A stretch of DNA of 50,445 nucleotides from Thermoplasmata archaeon UBA184 (GTDB taxonomy: Archaea > Thermoplasmatota > Thermoplasmata > Lutacidiplasmatales > UBA184): NCBI GenBank assembly GCA_002495185.1, contig DAEB01000044.1:32383-82827 (forward strand). Direction: 5' to 3'. How positions within the stretch are numbered: the first letter of the stretch is position 1; each line of letters starts with the position of its first letter. The notes under the pieces were generated by a model. The model ran no database searches. It saw only the letters and a list, made by a program, of their open reading frames with translations, and had not been told where the DNA came from. Of the stretch, positions 44,971-50,445 are shown piece by piece. The position numbers were made by a program, and so were the translations under genes.

Positions 44971-47900
44971 ATGGTCGGCTCGGTCTCCCACAGGCGCGCC
45001 GGAAGGCTCGCGGCCGTCTTTTTCGTCCTGTTGATGGTCGCGACCGCGTTCGGGGCGGTCGCGGCGGCCCTATCGCCCCAGCCATCGAATCCTGCGAGCA
45101 CCTCCGCATCGACACCGGCGGTCCCCCCGACACCCTCCTCTTCCTATCCCGGGACAACGGTGATCGTGCAGGGGCAGAACAGCTCCGTGTCGGAGACACT
45201 TCCGACCTCGGGGACGGGCCCCTACTCCTGGGTCTGGTTGTTCAGCACGAGCGCGGAGGGACCCTTCCTGCCGGCCACCCCGAACGACTGCGCGACGCCG
45301 AGCGGGTCCGGCGCTGCCTCGGGCTCCACCGAGACCTGCACGTTTCTGACGAACGGGACCACGCCCACCGGGACATACTTCTTCGAGCTCAAGGTCACCG
45401 ACAGCGCCTCCGTTCCGGAGTCGGTGACCTCGCCGGCTTCGTCGACCGTGACGGTCGACCCTGGACCGTCGGCTTCACAACGTCCCCGGTCACCCGCATT
45501 CGACACGGACCCCGCCAGTTTCTGCAACTCAGGTTGCGACACGACGAACTGGTTCGCGGGTCTGCACGGGAACGGGGCCCTCACGATCACAACAGGCGCC
45601 ACCAACGAGCTCCTCCTCCTCGAGGTCACCGACTCCGGAGAATCCGGGGCGGGGCTTTCGACCGCCGATATCAAGGATACCCAGAGCTCGACCTGGCACC
45701 TCGAGAGCTCCCACCCGTGGAACGGGACCGGGAACGTTCAGGATGTCTTCTACGCCATCGATGCCGTCGCAGGAGTGGATACGGTCACGGTCGACACCGC
45801 GGCCGGTTCTCTGACATCGGCAACCACCGCCAGCGCAGTGCTCTCCGCGTTCACGGGGGTCAACACGGTCACCCCGATCCTCACGCTCGGAACGTTCGGC
45901 ACCGGTTCGGGCACCTCGAGTTCCGCGAGCGTGCCCGCGACCGTCGCCCCAACCACCATCCTCGGCATCCTGTCGAACGGCTGGCGCGCGAGTTCGATCA
46001 CTCCTACCTCTAGTCCCGCGTTCACAAAGGCAGACACCATCAGCGACGCGGTCGCGACCCAGTCGTTCGTCGAGTTCTACTCCGCGACCTCCACGGGAAC
46101 GTACCTCTCCAATCCGACGTGGACCGGCACGGTAGCATGGGGGGAGGAAGCCCTCGTCGTGCAGCCTCCCAGTCCGCTCGCGGTGACCGTTGCGCCGACC
46201 TCCACCATCCTGGACCAAGACCAGTCGGTCACCATCACGGCGACCGCGACGGGTGGTGCCGGGGGTGATGCCTACGTCTGGTCCGTGTCCTCCGGAACCT
46301 GTCCGGGCTTCGTGAATTCGGGCGCGGCGACCCTCACGTACACGCCGAGCGGGACGACGGCTGGCTGTGTGTTGACGGTGACCGTGACGGATTCCAGCTC
46401 GGACACCGCCCAGCCTACGACCCCCTCGTCGGTGACCGTTAACACCGTGCTCACGGCAGCCGCCGCTCCGACGGTCAGCGCTACCGCGCTCGACCGCGAC
46501 CAAGCGCTGACCGTGACGGGAACAATTCCGCTGACGGGCACGCCCACCTACTCCTGGACTTGGATGGTGTCCGTGAACAGCGGCAGCTACGCCGCGGAGA
46601 CCCACTGTGGCACGAACGGAGGGAGCGGCGCGTCCGCCGGCGCTACCGAGAACTGCGTGATCCCCGCGAACACCCTCATTGTCGGGGACACCTACAACTT
46701 CGAGCTCAAGGTCACCGACAGCGCGACCACTCCCGAGACGCAGACCTCGACAGCAAGCCCGACCGTCACAGAGCATTCGGCGTTCACGGCTCCCGCGGCC
46801 CCTACCGTCAGCGCCGCCAAGCTGGACGTCGACCAGGCTCTCACGGTGACGGGCACCGTCCCGGCCACCGGAACACCGACGTATGCGTGGCAGTGGATGG
46901 TCTCCATCAACGCCGGCGCCTACGCCGCGGCCACCCAATGCGCCGTCAACAGCGGTAGCGGGGCGACCGGCGGTGCCACCGAGACGTGCACGGCCGCAGC
47001 GAACACGCTGGCGGCGGGGAGCACGTACGCGTTCGAGCTGAGGGTGACGGACAGCGCGACGGTCGCGGAAACGAAGACGTCTGTCGCGTCCGCGACCGTC
47101 ACGGTGAAGTCGGCCCTGACGGCAGCGGCCGCCCCGACCCCGAGCCTGACCTCGCTCCCGGCATCTCAGCAGCTGACGGTCACCGCTACCCTTCCTTCGA
47201 CCGGGACGTCGACCTACTCCTGGGAGTGGTTCATCTCGATCAACGGAACGGCCTACGTCGACACGACGCAGTGCACCGTCAACACCGGTTCCGGAGCAGC
47301 GGGGGGTGCGGTCGAGACGTGCACGATTCCGGGGAACACTCTGATTGCCGGAACGACCTACAACTTCGAGATCGAGGTCACCGACAGCGCGACGTCTCCC
47401 GAGGTCCAGGTGTCCCCTGCGTCGGCGACCGTCACCACGACGCTTGCCCTGACGGCCGGCACCCCGACCCCGACCGCCCCCGTCCTGGATAGCGGCCAAC
47501 CGGTGACTCTGACGGCGAATCCGTCCGGGGGCACCCGTCCATTCACATACCAGTGGTACACGGGGAGCACCATCCTCCTCTGTACGGGCTTGGGCTCGCC
47601 GATCTCGGGTGCCACTGGCTCGTCGTACACGTTCACCCCCGGAGCGACCGCCTACTATTGCTACACCGTGACGGATGCCGTTCCAAACACAGCGACGTCC
47701 GCGACCTCGCTCGTGACGGTCAACAGCGCGCTGGCCGCCCCGAGCGCGCCGGTGGTCAGCGCGACGGTGCTTGACCGAGATCAGGCGCTGACGGTCACGG
47801 CGACGATTCCCTCGACCGGTACCGCGCCGTACCAATGGGAATGGTTGTACTCGACCGGCGGCAGTTACGCCAAGGCGACGATGTGCGGGACCGCGAGTGG

Positions 47901-50445
47901 AAACGGCGCTGTCGCCGGGGCGGGAGAGACCTGCTCGGTTGCGGCGAACGCTCTCACGGCCGGCAACACCTACACATTCGAACTCCTCGTGAACGATAGC
48001 GCGACGACCCCCTCGACGATGACCTCTCCGGCCTCTTCGGGGGTGGCCGTGAGCGCCGCGCTCACCGCGCCGGCCGCCCCTACGGTCAGTTCGTCGAAGC
48101 TCGACGTCGACCAAGCACTCACGGTTTCGGATGCGATTCCCGTTACGGGATCGCCGACCTACTCCTGGCAGTGGCAGGTCTCGGTGAACGCGGGGGTGTA
48201 CGCGTCCGCGACCCAGTGTGCTGTCAACAGCGGGAGCGGGGCGCTCGCCGGCGCTACCGAGAACTGCGTGATCGCTGCGAACACTCTCACCGTCGGGAAC
48301 ACCTACGCTTTCAAGCTCCAAGTGACGGACGGCGCAGCGACTCCCGAGAGCGCCACGTCGGCCGCCTCGGCGACCGTGACCGTCAAGTCGGTTCTTACGG
48401 CGCCGGCCGTTCCGACCGTGACCGCCACCGCGCTCGACGTGGACCAGGCCTTGTCGGTCCAGGGGACGATCCCCGCGACCGGGACCGCGAACTATGCCTG
48501 GCAGTGGCTCGTCTCGGTGAACTCCGGATCCTATGTCACGTCGACGGTGTGTGCGGTGAACAGCGGGGTCAATGCCGTCGCGAGCGCCACTGAAACCTGC
48601 GCGACCGCCGCCAACGCCCTCACCGCGGGCGACACGTACAACTTTGAGCTCAAGGTGACGGACAGCGCGACAACCCCGGAATCGCAAACCTCGGGGCCTT
48701 CGCCGACCGTCACCGTGAAGTCGGCGCTGGTCGCACCCGCGGCTCCGACGGTCAGCGCGACCAAGCTCGACCTCGACCAGGCGTTGAGCGTCCAGGGAAC
48801 GATACCTTCCACCGGGACCCCCTCGTACGCTTGGCAGTGGTTGGTCTCGATCAACTCGGGGGCGTACGGGAACTCTGCTCTCTGCGCCGTGAACAGCGGG
48901 AGCGGGGCGACGGGAGGCGCGACCGAGACATGTTCCATCGCCGCGGGGTCGCTCACGGTGAGTGACACCTACAAGTTCGAACTGAAGGTGACAGACAGTG
49001 CGACCACGGCCGAGGTCAAGACCTCGGCCGCCTCGCCGCTGGTGACCGTCAAGGCCGCTCTCACAGCGCCCGCCGCACCGACCCCTAGCGTCGCAATTCT
49101 CGACGCGAGCCAAGTCCTGACGGTCACTGACAACATCCCCGCCACGGGGTCGTCCCCGTACTCGTGGCAGTGGCTCGTCTCGGTCGGCGGTGGCGGGTTC
49201 GCCGCGGCGACCCAATGCTCGGTGAACAGTGGTTCGGGAGCCGCGTCCGGTGCGCTCGAGACCTGTTCGGTCCCCGCGAACACCCTGACCGCGGGCACGA
49301 CGTGCGCCTTCGAACTGCAGGTCACGGATACCGCCAACGTTCCCGAGTCGCAGACCTCGCCGACGTCCGCGACGGTCACCGTGAACTCCGCCCTGATCGC
49401 GCCCGCCGCTCCGACGGTCAGCGCGACGAAGCTCGACGTGGACCAGTCGCTGACGGTGACCGGGACCATCCCGACCACCGGAACCTCGACGTATCAGTAC
49501 GAGTGGCTCTACTCGATCGGCGGAGCGTACACCAAGGCGACGATATGTTCGGTCGCCGGTGGCAGCGGGGTGAGCGGTGGCGCGGTCGCGACGTGTTCCA
49601 TCGCGGCGAGCACTCTCACGGCCGGAACCAACTACTTCTTCAAGCTGCGCGTCAACGACAGCGCGACCAACCCGGCCCAGGTGACGTCACCGGGGTCCGT
49701 GGCGGTTGCGGTCGCCTCGGCCTTGACCGCCCCCGCGGCTCCTACCCTGAGCGCCCCCGGGATCGATGTCGACCAGCCTCTAACGGTCTCCGGTGCGATT
49801 CCAGCGACAGGAACGGCACTCTACTCGTGGCAATGGCTCGTATCGGACAACGGTGGTTCGTACGTTCCCGCCGCGCAATGCGCGGTGTCGAACGGGTCCT
49901 CCGCGGCCGCGAGTTCCCCCGAGACGTGCAGCATCGCCGGCGGCTCTCTTTCGGTGGGGCACTCGTACACCTTCGAGCTTCAGGTCAAGGACAACGCGAC
50001 GGTCAACGAGACTCAACCGTCCGCCGCTTCCGCGTCGGTCACGGTCAGCTCAAGCGTCTCGGGGGGCACTCCGTCGCCGACCTCTCCGTCGATTGACGCA
50101 GGCCAAGCGATTACGCTGTCGGCGACGACGACGGGGGGTTCAGGCGGATACACCTATCAGTGGTACTCGGGGAGCACCGCGTTGGGCTGTACGGGTCTCG
50201 GGTCGCCGATCCCCGGTGCCACATCCTCCGCATACCTCGCCCCTCCGACCTCAACGACGTTCTACTGCTACGTCGTCACCGACTCCAACCACGAGACCGT
50301 CACCTCGACCGCGGACCAGGTCACGGTGAACACCGCGCTCACCGCTCCCACCGCGCCCTCCGTTAGCGCGACGTCCCTCGACGCGGACCAACCCCTCACG
50401 GTCACGGCGACCATCCCCTCGTCCGGGACCTCCCCCTACCAGTTT
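44971..50445 (+). CDS. Giant secreted surface protein with tandem Cys-paired Ig/PKD-like repeats (3' end outside the window)
   Basis: ATG 44971 after an in-frame TAG; signal peptide HRRAGRLAAVFFVLLMVATAFGAVAAA; no in-frame stop found up to the window end (1825 codons), consistent with its absence from the ORF track. Confidence 0.9.
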   Translation, partial: MVGSVSHRRAGRLAAVFFVLLMVATAFGAVAAALSPQPSNPASTSASTPAVPPTPSSSYPGTTVIVQGQNSSVSETLPTSGTGPYSWVWLFSTSAEGPFLPATPNDCATPSGSGAASGSTETCTFLTNGTTPTGTYFFELKVTDSASVPESVTSPASSTVTVDPGPSASQRPRSPAFDTDPASFCNSGCDTTNWFAGLHGNGALTITTGATNELLLLEVTDSGESGAGLSTADIKDTQSSTWHLESSHPWNGTGNVQDVFYAIDAVAGVDTVTVDTAAGSLTSATTASAVLSAFTGVNTVTPILTLGTFGTGSGTSSSASVPATVAPTTILGILSNGWRASSITPTSSPAFTKADTISDAVATQSFVEFYSATSTGTYLSNPTWTGTVAWGEEALVVQPPSPLAVTVAPTSTILDQDQSVTITATATGGAGGDAYVWSVSSGTCPGFVNSGAATLTYTPSGTTAGCVLTVTVTDSSSDTAQPTTPSSVTVNTVLTAAAAPTVSATALDRDQALTVTGTIPLTGTPTYSWTWMVSVNSGSYAAETHCGTNGGSGASAGATENCVIPANTLIVGDTYNFELKVTDSATTPETQTSTASPTVTEHSAFTAPAAPTVSAAKLDVDQALTVTGTVPATGTPTYAWQWMVSINAGAYAAATQCAVNSGSGATGGATETCTAAANTLAAGSTYAFELRVTDSATVAETKTSVASATVTVKSALTAAAAPTPSLTSLPASQQLTVTATLPSTGTSTYSWEWFISINGTAYVDTTQCTVNTGSGAAGGAVETCTIPGNTLIAGTTYNFEIEVTDSATSPEVQVSPASATVTTTLALTAGTPTPTAPVLDSGQPVTLTANPSGGTRPFTYQWYTGSTILLCTGLGSPISGATGSSYTFTPGATAYYCYTVTDAVPNTATSATSLVTVNSALAAPSAPVVSATVLDRDQALTVTATIPSTGTAPYQWEWLYSTGGSYAKATMCGTASGNGAVAGAGETCSVAANALTAGNTYTFELLVNDSATTPSTMTSPASSGVAVSAALTAPAAPTVSSSKLDVDQALTVSDAIPVTGSPTYSWQWQVSVNAGVYASATQCAVNSGSGALAGATENCVIAANTLTVGNTYAFKLQVTDGAATPESATSAASATVTVKSVLTAPAVPTVTATALDVDQALSVQGTIPATGTANYAWQWLVSVNSGSYVTSTVCAVNSGVNAVASATETCATAANALTAGDTYNFELKVTDSATTPESQTSGPSPTVTVKSALVAPAAPTVSATKLDLDQALSVQGTIPSTGTPSYAWQWLVSINSGAYGNSALCAVNSGSGATGGATETCSIAAGSLTVSDTYKFELKVTDSATTAEVKTSAASPLVTVKAALTAPAAPTPSVAILDASQVLTVTDNIPATGSSPYSWQWLVSVGGGGFAAATQCSVNSGSGAASGALETCSVPANTLTAGTTCAFELQVTDTANVPESQTSPTSATVTVNSALIAPAAPTVSATKLDVDQSLTVTGTIPTTGTSTYQYEWLYSIGGAYTKATICSVAGGSGVSGGAVATCSIAASTLTAGTNYFFKLRVNDSATNPAQVTSPGSVAVAVASALTAPAAPTLSAPGIDVDQPLTVSGAIPATGTALYSWQWLVSDNGGSYVPAAQCAVSNGSSAAASSPETCSIAGGSLSVGHSYTFELQVKDNATVNETQPSAASASVTVSSSVSGGTPSPTSPSIDAGQAITLSATTTGGSGGYTYQWYSGSTALGCTGLGSPIPGATSSAYLAPPTSTTFYCYVVTDSNHETVTSTADQVTVNTALTAPTAPSVSATSLDADQPLTVTATIPSSGTSPYQF
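46450..50445 (+). repeat. Coding tandem repeats: about 333-nt (110-111 aa) type A units interspersed with 285-nt (95 aa) type B units
   Basis: LDxDQ-like anchors at 46489, 46822, 47155, 47485(B), 47770, 48100, 48433, 48766, 49099, 49432, 49762, 50092(B), 50377; each A unit carries YxWxW, two Cys and FELxVTDSA. Confidence 0.9.

Noticed and set aside
45529-49215. 1228-aa minus-strand ORF, the longest in the ORF track
   Set aside because: Arg/Gly-rich antisense shadow of the repeat protein; the + frame from 44971 has the signal peptide and coherent domain repeats
46450-50445. Regularly spaced repeats as a CRISPR array or mobile-element repeats
   Set aside because: Periods are 285-333 nt, multiples of three, degenerate and in-frame coding; no cas or transposase genes
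1-50445. tRNA, rRNA, integrase, transposase or prophage genes
   Set aside because: No cloverleaf, rRNA-like block or mobile-element protein motif was recognised by eye; a tRNAscan/Infernal run would be needed to exclude small RNAs

Overview
This is a GC-rich prokaryotic chromosomal segment with about 52 credible protein genes. I found no rRNA, tRNA, CRISPR array or transposase/integrase. Several features point to an archaeon, most likely a high-GC soil Thermoplasmata lineage (inference, not a database result): TATA-like boxes about 29-32 nt before apparently leaderless start codons, tandem-Lrp/AsnC regulators, AlaX, MTH1187 and an AAA_16-TPR protein. Most genes are a stress/xenobiotic accessory toolbox (VOC, AKR, GNAT, SRPBCC, MFS, ABC, methyltransferases). 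The standout is a complete two-gene split-borosin RiPP system at 8451-9618: a SonA-like precursor plus an OphMA/SonM-like peptide-backbone alpha-N-methyltransferase with catalytic residues in register. It lies directly behind a class III adenylate cyclase-TolB-like-TPR gene, in a region rich in cyclic-nucleotide signalling (four class III cyclases, a stand-alone cNMP-binding protein, a STAND-like ATPase). Also notable are two cross-brace zinc-finger proteins (one with FYVE-like spacing), a TMEM175 channel with an altered pore helix, a doubly frameshifted VOC gene, and a secreted Cys-paired Ig-like repeat protein of at least 1825 aa (44971 to the window end) that the ORF track misses. Family assignments come from motif recognition by eye and from memory. 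Many start codons were re-called manually and are approximate.
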